IMG/VR virus record: IMGVR_UViG_3300032225_002052
Location: 1-38,898 of that record
Strand: one strand, 5' to 3'
Length of the DNA stretch: 38,898 nt
From: a virus
Taxonomy: Duplodnaviria > Caudoviricetes
Shown here: one piece after another, positions 1 through 7,725 of the stretch
Position numbering within the stretch: the first letter of the stretch is position 1
Layout of the letters: each line of letters starts with the position of its first letter
Translations under genes and position numbers: made by a program
Notes under the pieces: generated by a model
Told to the model about the DNA's origin: nothing
The model's database searches: none
Seen by the model: only the letters and a program-made list of their open reading frames with translations

Positions 1-93
1 CACGATCCGCTTTACACGAATCAGCGGCGTGGTCGAACTATAGCCAATCAACGGTTTCCCGTTTTTGGTTCCCGATGCGTAGAAGCCGCCCAT
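1..93 (-). CDS. hypothetical protein, N-terminal part (runs off the window edge)
   Basis: ATG at 93, 2 nt after the ssb stop; frame open to base 1 (MGGFYASGTKNGKPLIGYSSTT...). Confidence 0.45.
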   Translation of the reverse strand, partial: MGGFYASGTKNGKPLIGYSSTTPLIRVKRIV

Positions 94-95
94 AA

Positions 96-515
96 CTAAA
101 AAGGCACCTCGTCGGTGAAATCTACCTCACTTGCCTCCACCACTCGCACGGGCTTAACCTTAGCCTCAGAGCCCCCGGAGCCTCCAGAACCCAAGAGTCG
201 CAAAGTTTCCCCCATTACCTTGAGCTTACTGCGCCTCTTCCCCGTGTCCTTGTCCTCCCATGCCTCCAATACCAGCCGCCCCTCCACATACACCTGTCGG
301 CCCCTTTTTAGGTACTCCCCCGCGACCTCAGCGGTACGCCCATAGAAAGTGACCTCAACAAACGTCACCTGTTCTTTTTTTTGCCCCGCGTCATCCAACC
401 AACTTCGATTCAAAGCTAAGGAGACTTCAGCCATTGCGTTGCCCTTTTTCGTGTATTTAATGTCGGGATCACGTGTGAGGTTCCCGAGTCCAGTCCATCT
501 ATTGAGATCGTTCAT
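96..515 (-). CDS. ssb: single-stranded DNA-binding protein
   Basis: OB-fold SSB motifs (GNLTRDP, AEVAGEYLKRGRQVYVEGRL), Gly-rich linker, acidic C-terminal tail DEVPF. Confidence 0.97.
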   Translation of the reverse strand: MNDLNRWTGLGNLTRDPDIKYTKKGNAMAEVSLALNRSWLDDAGQKKEQVTFVEVTFYGRTAEVAGEYLKRGRQVYVEGRLVLEAWEDKDTGKRRSKLKVMGETLRLLGSGGSGGSEAKVKPVRVVEASEVDFTDEVPF

Positions 516-672
516 TTTGTTTTTGTTCTAAAAGGTTTTCTAAAAGTTTTTTGTAAGTATCCCGTTCGCTCGTCACAGTTTGGAGTAATTGGCTTAGTTC
601 CTTATTTTGAATCATTAACTCAAGCTGCCCTCCCAACGCCCCGATCATTTCATCAATTTCCGTGGCATTCAT
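499..672 (-). CDS. small coiled-coil hypothetical protein (57 aa)
   Basis: Manually translated: MNATEIDEMIGALGGQLELMIQNKELSQLLQTVTSERDTYKKLLENLLEQKQNERSQ; fills the gap between DUF3310 and ssb, overlapping both. Confidence 0.55.
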   Translation of the reverse strand: MNATEIDEMIGALGGQLELMIQNKELSQLLQTVTSERDTYKKLLENLLEQKQNERSQ

Positions 673-1030
673 GGCTCTCCCTTATGGTGACAAACCCACA
701 CCACTTGCACTCGGAGCGTGTGCGCCCTGTAAACGAACTGGTACCAATGCATTCCAGCGCAACACGGTCACAACATTGGCACCGCTCAAAATGCTCCCCC
801 GTGCGAGGCCGTTCCTCGCGTGAGCGGCGAATGGCCTGTCTACGCTGTTTTTCGCGCTTCAAACACCAAACGGCTTTGTCCAAATCCTCGTCGGAGTCAG
901 GAATCTTGTGATCCAGTCGCAGGATGTATTTAATGCAATTTCCCAGATTAAATGGGAGCCATTCACAGATTTGAATAGCTTCAATCCCGCCGGGTAGTTG
1001 GTAGTGTTTGGGGTGGTCTACGTTGCTCAT
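653..1030 (-). CDS. DUF3310 family protein (T7 gp1.7-like) with C-terminal Cys cluster
   Basis: VDHPKHY...IEAIQI...FNLGNCIKYILR..HK...EDLDKAVW pattern; tail with CQCC...CKWC. Confidence 0.85.
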   Translation of the reverse strand: MSNVDHPKHYQLPGGIEAIQICEWLPFNLGNCIKYILRLDHKIPDSDEDLDKAVWCLKREKQRRQAIRRSREERPRTGEHFERCQCCDRVALECIGTSSFTGRTRSECKWCGFVTIRESHECHGN

Positions 1031-1209
1031 TTTTTCGGTTTGTACAAATTCTCAATCAAAGCCTCCAACCCACAGGTGCAGGGCATGACAAAATCCCCAA
1101 CCTTCCAGCGATACCCACAATCCCCTGCGTGTTGCAGGTAAGGGCGCAAGATTGCCAAGAGCACCTTAACGGCGTTCTCACTTGTTTCGTTATTGCTTGT
1201 TTCTGACAT
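1027..1209 (-). CDS. hypothetical protein
   Basis: ATGA overlap with the downstream gene; H...C...CTC possible metal site. Confidence 0.6.
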   Translation of the reverse strand: MSETSNNETSENAVKVLLAILRPYLQHAGDCGYRWKVGDFVMPCTCGLEALIENLYKPKK

Positions 1210-1330
1210 TTTGTTTTTTTCGTATGGTTGATAGTGTTTCGCCTTCGCCTCGCGCCTTGAAGTACGCCTTCAAGCTTGCAATAACGTCGGAAAATCCCCC
1301 GCGACGGCGATTTAAAGATATTTTTTGCAT
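1190..1330 (-). CDS. small basic hypothetical protein (46 aa)
   Basis: TGATG coupling with the upstream ORF stop at 1330; MQKISLNRRRGGFSDVIASLKAYFKARG... Confidence 0.4.
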   Translation of the reverse strand: MQKISLNRRRGGFSDVIASLKAYFKARGEGETLSTIRKKQNVRNKQ

Positions 1331-1809
1331 CAAATTTTGAAAGTGAGCGTCTTTGACTCAGCCGAATACCCTTCTGGCAACTCGGCGTAAAAACCCTGCG
1401 GCGTGAGCACAGGAAGCGGCACGAAATGGCACTGTTCGATGTCGTTCAGCTCCGGCCAAAAATCCCAAGACGCCAGAATCCCCACCGCCGCTTCCTTGGG
1501 TAACGTCCTAGAAACTTCGTAGTATTCCTTTTGGTCGTTTTGGCGTGTCTTAAAGAAATATGCGTGCCGTTCCACCCATGTCCTAAATGCGTCAGCCTCC
1601 ATTGCTTGAAGCCGCTGCTTTTCCGCGTAAATGACCACCACCACCGAGTCTCGGCGGTAAAGCCCCTTGTCGCGCACCGCTGCTAATACCGCCTCCGCGC
1701 ATTCTTTTAACCGAGCGTTGTCGCCAGGTATTTCGATCTTTGGCAAGCTGCCAAACTGAGCCGAGAGCGCACCATTGATAATGTCCGAAATTTGAATCAC
1801 CGCGCTCAT
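1330..1809 (-). CDS. primase-associated hypothetical protein
   Basis: ATGA-coupled to the primase; C-terminal VPLPVL...LPEGYSAES resembles the pre-ATPase segment of phage primase/helicase proteins (recollection only). Confidence 0.7.
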   Translation of the reverse strand: MSAVIQISDIINGALSAQFGSLPKIEIPGDNARLKECAEAVLAAVRDKGLYRRDSVVVVIYAEKQRLQAMEADAFRTWVERHAYFFKTRQNDQKEYYEVSRTLPKEAAVGILASWDFWPELNDIEQCHFVPLPVLTPQGFYAELPEGYSAESKTLTFKI

Positions 1810-3149
1810 TTACTGTCCCTCCACAACTGCCACACCCCGGCAAGGCGAGTGAGCATCGCCTGATCATCAACTCCACACTGCACCCAGTGCGCTACCCACA
1901 TTTTCAATGTCGCCTTTGCGGGCGGCTTGACTTTATTGCTGTTGATAAACTCACAACAAAGCCCCACTTCCCCCGCTTGAGCAGAATGCAACTTAACCCA
2001 TTGCCTGAAACCTAACTTCCGCGTTTGACGCACAGCGGGTGTGGACTTTTTACCCAATGCGAGTTTTTTCAGAAAAAACGCTTGGAGTTGAGTTTTGGCA
2101 ATTTGCCCCGTCTTAGTGAGGTCGTTAAAATCCTTACAATTCTTCGCCATAGGCAGAAACGAGAACACCCGACGCACCTTACCCTCTAACTGCGCGAGGA
2201 ACCCCTCGGGTTGCCACCAAGCCGCGCCCGCAGCGTCCTTGTCCGCAATCGCAAACACTGTGACATCATCACGCAGCGGATAAGCCCGCATGAGCAGCTT
2301 CCAGCTTGTCGAACCGCGCAGACCAATAAGAGCCACCGTTTTCGGCCACTCCTTGTCCCACTCCATCAAATTCGCCAACGCAGCGGCGTCCCATTGCCCC
2401 TCACACACAAACCAAATGGTTGCCGTGTCGGGATTCCCAATCACAAAAGGCCACGCCCCGACCCCATTCGGCAGGGACTCACTCGTTGAAGGCACATACC
2501 GCCAGCTTTGGCGAGAATCCGGGTTGCCCGTCGTATTGGGCTCCAGACGCAAATGCACCCCCACAGGCGTCAGCCCCACACCAGGCAAAGGTGCCTTTAC
2601 CAAAAAACCCACACGCTGCTGACCATAGTAAGGCATCAAGCCAATGAGCCCCTCAGCACACAACCAATCCACAAACTCGCGCCGATAGCCACGCCATTGC
2701 GCAATCTCCTCACACCGAGCCTCACTGCGCTGCAACCGCTCCACACCCCGTTCCCAGTCAGCCGCACGCTCGGCACTCATCGCGGGAGGAAACCAGTTCA
2801 CATCGCGCACCACCGGCACCATCGGCCTCACCACGCTCTGCGAAGATTCAATCACCCCGGAGGCCATGCCCGTAATCACGGCGAGTTCCTTCACCGTTTC
2901 CGAAAACGAAAGCCCCCGCTTTGTCGCCCAAAACGAGAGGCTATCGCCAAATTGGCGGCACCCGAAACAGAAGTAGGTTCCCTGCTCTTCGTTAATCAGA
3001 CACGAAGGAGTTTTCTCCTCGTGAAAGGGGCAACACACCATGAACCCCTTTGGGTTCTTTTTGAAAACGGTGGTGCCCGTCTTCTCAAAGAGATCACGGA
3101 GCGAAATACGGGCCTTGATAGCCTCTAAATCGTGAGGGAACTTTTCCAC
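1806..3149 (-). CDS. DNA primase (CHC2 zinc finger + Toprim)
   Basis: CPFHEEKTPS...CFGC zinc finger; Toprim motifs VCEGQWDA, ADKDAAG, KDFND; GTG start. Confidence 0.9.
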   Translation of the reverse strand: MEKFPHDLEAIKARISLRDLFEKTGTTVFKKNPKGFMVCCPFHEEKTPSCLINEEQGTYFCFGCRQFGDSLSFWATKRGLSFSETVKELAVITGMASGVIESSQSVVRPMVPVVRDVNWFPPAMSAERAADWERGVERLQRSEARCEEIAQWRGYRREFVDWLCAEGLIGLMPYYGQQRVGFLVKAPLPGVGLTPVGVHLRLEPNTTGNPDSRQSWRYVPSTSESLPNGVGAWPFVIGNPDTATIWFVCEGQWDAAALANLMEWDKEWPKTVALIGLRGSTSWKLLMRAYPLRDDVTVFAIADKDAAGAAWWQPEGFLAQLEGKVRRVFSFLPMAKNCKDFNDLTKTGQIAKTQLQAFFLKKLALGKKSTPAVRQTRKLGFRQWVKLHSAQAGEVGLCCEFINSNKVKPPAKATLKMWVAHWVQCGVDDQAMLTRLAGVWQLWRDSK

Positions 3150-3173
3150 TTACGACGATTTAGTTCACTCCCA

Positions 3174-3349
3174 TTTCATACCCCGTTTCATAGCACCGCG
3201 TTGCGGCGTTGAAACTCAGGCAGTTAGGTAGAGCGGTGAGGGAGGGATTCGAACCCTCGGTTCGTTTCCCACTAGCAAATCCTTTGTCTACAGAGAGATT
3301 TTCCCTGTTTTTGCCATTGAATTTATAGGGTCTTTTCATAGTTTTCATA
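3174..3349. mobile_element. putative attP: tRNA-Ser-like core flanked by paired TTTCATA direct repeats
   Basis: TTTCATA at 3174, 3186, 3334 and 3343 (two pairs) around the core at 3233-3261; intergenic, immediately before the integrase. Confidence 0.7.
3233..3261 (-). other. 3' fragment of a tRNA (T-arm + acceptor strand; Ser-like), att core
   Basis: Minus strand ACCGAGGGTTCGAATCCCTCCCTCACCGC: T-stem GAGGG/CCCTC with loop TTCGAAT and a Ser-type CTCACCG acceptor; no D or anticodon arm upstream. Confidence 0.8.
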
Positions 3350-3350
3350 C

Positions 3351-4442
3351 ATGGCAAGTCTCTACAAACAAAACCAATCTGCTTACTGGTACATCGCCTA
3401 TAAAAACGACGGGAAATGGGTGCGAAAAAGCACCGGCCTTCGCTGGGACGATCCCCACGCCACCGCCGAAGCCAAGGCACTTCGCGCCAAATTTGAAGCA
3501 GCGGAACACATCACGGCAAACGCCAAGCAACCCACCGCAGCGAATAGCTGGGACTGGGTTCCCGAGTTCTTCACCAACTCGGGCATCGCGGCCTCCTCCA
3601 TCACCCGCTACCGCTACGGCTGGAACTGGGTGCTCCTGTTTTTGACCAAAACCAAACTCTCCCCCGCACTGGTCACTTACCCTGCTGCCGAAAAATACAT
3701 GGAGTGGCGAGGGAGCCAAAAAAAGAAAAGTGGGAAAACGGCGGTCAGAAACACCATCCTGTTTGAACTGAAAATTTTCGCGTACGTTCTTTCGGAGGCA
3801 GTTCGCAAAGGGATGATTCCGCATAACCCGCTGGGGGAAATGCGCTTCAAAAAGGCCCAACCACGCAAAAAGCCCGCGCTCACCGACGCAGAAATTACGA
3901 AATGCGTGCGCGAACTTCAGACCGAACCTGCATGGATGCTCGGAGCGTTCCTCATTGCTCTGCACACTGGGTGCCGCCTTTCTGAAACTCAAATCCCTAT
4001 GAGCGCAATCGACTTGGACGGCTCCCCTGCCACCATCACTTTTCCGTCCCCAAAAGGAGGAGAGAGCAAAAGCTTCACCGTGCCCATGCCCACCGCGCTG
4101 CGCTCGTTGTTTGAAGAAATGAAAAACAACGGACAAACCCACACCCTGCAACTTCCCGCGACCCGCTCCCGCGACTTTAGCCGCTTCTTTTGTAAAATAG
4201 GTCTGAGACATATTACTTTCCATTGTCTGCGCGTGACAAAAGTGACTCGGCTACGACGCGAAGCTGTACCACGCGAGATTGCGATGAGGCTCGTGAATCA
4301 CTCTTCCGAACTGATCCACCTTCTTTATGACCGACACCAAGTGGGCGACCTTCTGGCGTACGCGAATGCAGGTTCGCCAAACCCAGATGTGTACGCCGCC
4401 ACAACTCAAAGTCTGTCCAAAACACAACTCCCGCGAAAATAG
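3351..4442 (+). CDS. int: tyrosine recombinase / phage integrase
   Basis: N-terminal arm-binding-like region (YWYIAY...VRKSTG); catalytic motifs HTGCRLSE, FHCLR, LVNH, LLY. Confidence 0.93.
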   Translation: MASLYKQNQSAYWYIAYKNDGKWVRKSTGLRWDDPHATAEAKALRAKFEAAEHITANAKQPTAANSWDWVPEFFTNSGIAASSITRYRYGWNWVLLFLTKTKLSPALVTYPAAEKYMEWRGSQKKKSGKTAVRNTILFELKIFAYVLSEAVRKGMIPHNPLGEMRFKKAQPRKKPALTDAEITKCVRELQTEPAWMLGAFLIALHTGCRLSETQIPMSAIDLDGSPATITFPSPKGGESKSFTVPMPTALRSLFEEMKNNGQTHTLQLPATRSRDFSRFFCKIGLRHITFHCLRVTKVTRLRREAVPREIAMRLVNHSSELIHLLYDRHQVGDLLAYANAGSPNPDVYAATTQSLSKTQLPRK

Positions 4443-4539
4443 GGAAATCCTTAATCGAAACCAACCCCGCTAGTGTATCGGGGTCGCACCGCAAGATGTC
4501 CTGCAATTCGGAAAGGCTGAGGGGGATTTCTTCGTTCAT
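4213..4539 (-). CDS. putative excisionase-like / small DNA-binding protein
   Basis: Preferred start MNEEIPLSLSELQDILRCD...KDFPIFAGVVFWTDFELW resembles a winged-HTH Xis; convergent with and overlapping the integrase 3' end. Confidence 0.5.
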   Translation of the reverse strand: MNEEIPLSLSELQDILRCDPDTLAGLVSIKDFPIFAGVVFWTDFELWRRTHLGLANLHSRTPEGRPLGVGHKEGGSVRKSDSRASSQSRVVQLRVVAESLLSRADNGK

Positions 4540-4793
4540 GGGAGAGTTTTTTACGACCACCCTCCCCCGGATTGGCGATTTCGTTGCAGGGCGCATTCGC
4601 CCGCAAATCACGTTCCGAAGCCATCTCTGGAACTCACCTCACAATCTTGGGGAGAGCGAGGCGGGCAATAAAGATGAGACGTACTCACCGCGTCAATCTT
4701 GATTTGTATAAGTTTCGTTAATCTTTATACCCATTAATAAACCTAATGCGAACACGACAGTAGAGACGAACACAATGTACTCTAAGCTGACTC

Positions 4794-5492
4794 TCATACT
4801 AAGCCTCCGTTCAAAGATTTACGCACCGTTTCAATCAAAGACACCACTGATGACATATCTTGCAACCAGCGTCTTTTATGCTCATCGGCCCATGCCGTTA
4901 TTTTTTCTGCTCCACCCACTTTTTTGCACCACCGCTCAAACCCAGTAATCACCGCTTGATAAGTGGAAATACCAGAGTTTGAACCGCTTAAATCCGAAAT
5001 GTCCCCTTTTCGGAGCAAAAGTCCGGCCTCAATCGAGCGTTTAAGTTCCAGCGGCGTAAGCTCTTCCTGTATCGTGAGCTTGAGCCATTTCGCCTGTTCT
5101 ACGTAAGTCAACGCGCTCACCACGAAGTAATGCTCCTTGTTGAGCTTTACGTGCCGCAACCCCGCAGGGATGTCCATGAGCGAGATTGCTTTACGCGCCA
5201 CCGAGTAATCAAAAGACACCTCTTCCAAAAGCAACTCCATTTGCTCGGCCCCAAACGCCTTATGCCCGTAAGCCAGCAAGTCGCTGAGGTTTAGCGCACA
5301 AACCGAGTCCATGTTTTTGAACGCAAGCAGTAGCTCACGCACCTGCTCTAAGGTCATGTCCTGCACAACCTCCAGCCCAAGGGCCGTGATGCGCACCGGG
5401 GCGTATTCACCCGAGGGCATGGCAAAACCTTCCATTGCCCAGCTTTTAGCTTCTGCGTTTAGTGCTTGAATAGCTTCATTTTGCGTTTGCAT
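4794..5492 (-). CDS. LmbU-like putative DNA-binding regulator
   Basis: GL...DMTLEQ...SDLLAYG...FDY...R..L..EH..V..L...EQ..WL......LT..EL...I spacing matches the LmbU family pattern as I recall it. Confidence 0.55.
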   Translation of the reverse strand: MQTQNEAIQALNAEAKSWAMEGFAMPSGEYAPVRITALGLEVVQDMTLEQVRELLLAFKNMDSVCALNLSDLLAYGHKAFGAEQMELLLEEVSFDYSVARKAISLMDIPAGLRHVKLNKEHYFVVSALTYVEQAKWLKLTIQEELTPLELKRSIEAGLLLRKGDISDLSGSNSGISTYQAVITGFERWCKKVGGAEKITAWADEHKRRWLQDMSSVVSLIETVRKSLNGGLV

Positions 5493-6103
5493 TTTTGTTT
5501 CCTCCAGTGGTTTGTTGTTTGAACTTCTGCGTAAGTTTCACAGGCATCCTCGCCCCTCATGTGGACTGAAGCGGGTAGAGACAACTCTTGTTGCCATTGC
5601 TTTGCGACCTTGCTGACCGCTTGCCGAGATACGCCTATTTTCGCAGCGTATTCAGCCATAGAGCCCAGTCCGTTAAGTGCATCAAGGCCGACAGCATACG
5701 CCAAACCTGCGCTAGTGAGTTTGGCGTTGCCCGTAGATAAAAAAGTGCCAGCGATCCGGGCGATTACCGTGGTCTTGCGCTCGTCACTCTCGCGCTCCAC
5801 CACGCTGGTGTGCCAATGTGCAATGCGCCGCGCTGTTTCCAGTGGCACATTAAATTGCTCTGCAAGAACCTCATCCAAAGTGTCACAGATTTGCGCCATA
5901 TCCACCGGCGTTACATCGACGGCAGATTCGGACAAATCGCAAATAGGAGAAATCCCGTGCGCAACAGGGTTTTCCAAAAGCGGGGCCGCTGCCAGCCCCG
6001 CTATTTGCCGTTCTTCAGGGGAAAGATTTTTCTCAAACTCCTCGTAAGCAATTAAATAAACCAAATTCTGACGTTTAACATGGTCAAGGTATGCGTCTCC
6101 CAT
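5459..6103 (-). CDS. HTH-containing protein (sigma region-4-like HTH near C-terminus)
   Basis: SMAEYAAKIGVSRQAVSKVAKQWQQEL helix-turn-helix; ATG at 6103 preferred, upstream GTG at 6175 possible. Confidence 0.7.
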   Translation of the reverse strand: MGDAYLDHVKRQNLVYLIAYEEFEKNLSPEERQIAGLAAAPLLENPVAHGISPICDLSESAVDVTPVDMAQICDTLDEVLAEQFNVPLETARRIAHWHTSVVERESDERKTTVIARIAGTFLSTGNAKLTSAGLAYAVGLDALNGLGSMAEYAAKIGVSRQAVSKVAKQWQQELSLPASVHMRGEDACETYAEVQTTNHWRKQKCKRKMKLFKH

Positions 6104-6258
6104 TTCATTTAGAAGTATCTGAATACGTTTAACTTGAGCCGCAGGAAACCACGGGTTACACAAGCTAACGCCCACGCACCATGCCTAAATAGCAATCGAC
6201 TAAAAGCTTTTTTTTGAGAAAAAAGACGATTTCTTAAATCTTACTAGATTAGAATAAC

Positions 6259-6855
6259 TTACGACATCATCCAATCTTCAGCCAAAGCCCGGTTTTCAGA
6301 CTTACCCCACAACGTCAGCGCATAACTTTCCAAATCTTCACCACGCTGTTTCCATCCATCCAAATACCGAGCTTGAGCCGGGTTTGCTTCAACCACGGCC
6401 TGCCAGTATTGCACTCGCCGATCACACAGCGAAATGATTGCCGCCCGCCCACCTACCAATGCGGCTGTAATGGTTTTAGGCCCAATAATACCGTCTACCA
6501 CAATGTCGTGCCCGGTGTGTTTCAACGCCTCTTGCAACCAACGCGCACCGTATCCACCATTGACGCGAATATCAAAAAGCACCTCTCCTATGCCCACAGG
6601 CATTTGCTCTGCGCGAGAAGGAAGCCAATAGGCATGGTAGTAAATATCTATCGCCGCCTCCTTTGTGAGCGAGGCTACATCTACGTCAGGGTGACTGCGC
6701 TGATCAATCCCGTAGCGCGTAGCCCCCCCCTTATCCTTGGGATCATACTCAGTCACAACATGATTCCAGTCCATGTAATGCCCGTGCTCAAATACAGTTT
6801 CGTGCTCCAGCACAAACTTCACCGCCGACAAAAAACGAGGAGAGTAAACAGGCAT
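6259..6855 (-). CDS. endolysin, glycoside hydrolase family 108 with peptidoglycan-binding domain
   Basis: VLEHE...DPKDKGGATRYGI...LTKEAAIDIYY..YW; VDGIIGPKT; RYLDGWKQR; adjacent to holins. Confidence 0.9.
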   Translation of the reverse strand: MPVYSPRFLSAVKFVLEHETVFEHGHYMDWNHVVTEYDPKDKGGATRYGIDQRSHPDVDVASLTKEAAIDIYYHAYWLPSRAEQMPVGIGEVLFDIRVNGGYGARWLQEALKHTGHDIVVDGIIGPKTITAALVGGRAAIISLCDRRVQYWQAVVEANPAQARYLDGWKQRGEDLESYALTLWGKSENRALAEDWMMS

Positions 6856-7031
6856 TACTTTTTTTGAGCGGCCCGCTCGTTACGGATTACGTCTACAACC
6901 CCAGCAACAGCCAAAATAGCTTGCACGGCCAAATTGCCCACTCCCGTTGAAAACCCAAGTCCTGCAAGGCCCAGTTTCAGGAGCCCCGACCATGTGGATA
7001 CCTGAGTTAGATAATTTGTGATTACGCTCAT
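6855..7031 (-). CDS. small membrane protein, holin-like
   Basis: MSVITNYLTQVSTWSGLL... with two hydrophobic segments and a basic tail; start at 7031 supported by GTTGACG-N14-ATG; TAATG coupling to the endolysin. Confidence 0.7.
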   Translation of the reverse strand: MSVITNYLTQVSTWSGLLKLGLAGLGFSTGVGNLAVQAILAVAGVVDVIRNERAAQKK

Positions 7032-7045
7032 GCAATCACCCGCGT

Positions 7046-7052
7046 CGTCAAC
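7046..7052 (-). promoter_or_regulatory. GTTGAC late element (GTTGACG-N14-ATG)
   Basis: 14 nt upstream of ATG 7031. Confidence 0.65.
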
Positions 7053-7065
7053 CACCACACCCACC

Positions 7066-7386
7066 TTAATTTCCAGACTCGCCCCTAAACCGCTTTGCGA
7101 CGGCGTGTTCAATGAAATACAACGCCCGACTGCCCATGTGCCCAGCAACCCCCACCAAAGCTGCGGTTAAAATGCGATCCAGATGCGCCGATTCGCACAG
7201 GTAAAAAGTGATAACGCCGGTAAACGCCGAAGTCACAATTTCACCGATAAACTCCACGAAATTAAACACCCTGGCGTGCCCGTTTTTGAGCTTCTGCATA
7301 AAAGCCACCACACCACCCATCGCGGAGAGCCCAAACACCCATGCGTAAGTAATTAGATCAAAGTTAGATGGATCATTTTTTTCCAT
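7066..7386 (-). CDS. phage holin (LydA/holin superfamily III-like)
   Basis: Three hydrophobic segments; GEIVTSAFTG...AALVGVAGHMGSRAL signature; basic C-terminus. Confidence 0.85.
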   Translation of the reverse strand: MEKNDPSNFDLITYAWVFGLSAMGGVVAFMQKLKNGHARVFNFVEFIGEIVTSAFTGVITFYLCESAHLDRILTAALVGVAGHMGSRALYFIEHAVAKRFRGESGN

Positions 7387-7388
7387 AA

Positions 7389-7637
7389 CTATTCCTCGCG
7401 ATCCCCTTCAAATTCATGGCGCACATCGCAGTGGTACTGATCCAACCACATTTCAGCTTGCTTCATTCTAGCAAACATATTGCCCGTTCCGCTACAAATA
7501 GCACTCACACGCGCCCCGTCTTCAATTTGCAGAAATACTTGAGCCACAGAAAAATGCTCTCCCAAAAATTGCACAACCTGACACAAAAATTCCCTCGGGT
7601 TAGCTTCAGGATTTGCGGTCAAACTTGGAATGTTCAT
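7389..7637 (-). CDS. hypothetical protein
   Basis: ATG at 7637 just downstream of the tRNA; the longer ORF-track version overlaps the tRNA. Confidence 0.65.
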   Translation of the reverse strand: MNIPSLTANPEANPREFLCQVVQFLGEHFSVAQVFLQIEDGARVSAICSGTGNMFARMKQAEMWLDQYHCDVRHEFEGDREE

Positions 7638-7653
7638 GGGTGAAAACCAAAAG

Positions 7654-7725
7654 TTGCGGGGGGAGGAATCGAACCTCCGCACTACTGCTTATGAGACAGT
7701 CGATCTACCACTGAGCTACCCCGCG
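7654..7725 (-). tRNA. tRNA with CAT anticodon, fMet-like acceptor stem, no encoded CCA
   Basis: CGCGGGG TA GCTC AGTGGTA GATC G ACTGT CTCATAA GCAGT AGTGC GGAGG TTCGATT CCTCC CCCCGCA A folds into a full cloverleaf. Confidence 0.92.

Noticed and set aside
3233-3300. Complete tRNA-Ser gene
   Set aside because: Only the T-arm and 3' acceptor strand are present; upstream sequence does not form D or anticodon arms.
3160-3480. 106-aa minus-strand ORF
   Set aside because: Spans attP and the integrase start; translation of non-coding att sequence.
3345-4223. 292-aa minus-strand ORF
   Set aside because: Antisense shadow of the integrase with no recognisable motifs.
4690-4745. Operator/promoter in the AT-rich intergenic region (GTATAAG...CTTTATAC; TTGACG on minus strand)
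   Set aside because: Plausibly regulatory, but the palindrome is imperfect, occurs once and has no clear -10 at canonical spacing; not enough to call.
7389-7682. ORF-track N-terminal extensions (also 29666, 31240, 38663, 28864, 21862, 11540, 11037, 7148)
   Set aside because: The extensions overlap the tRNA, hairpins or upstream genes; downstream ATGs fit stop-start coupling or the GTTGAC spacing better.
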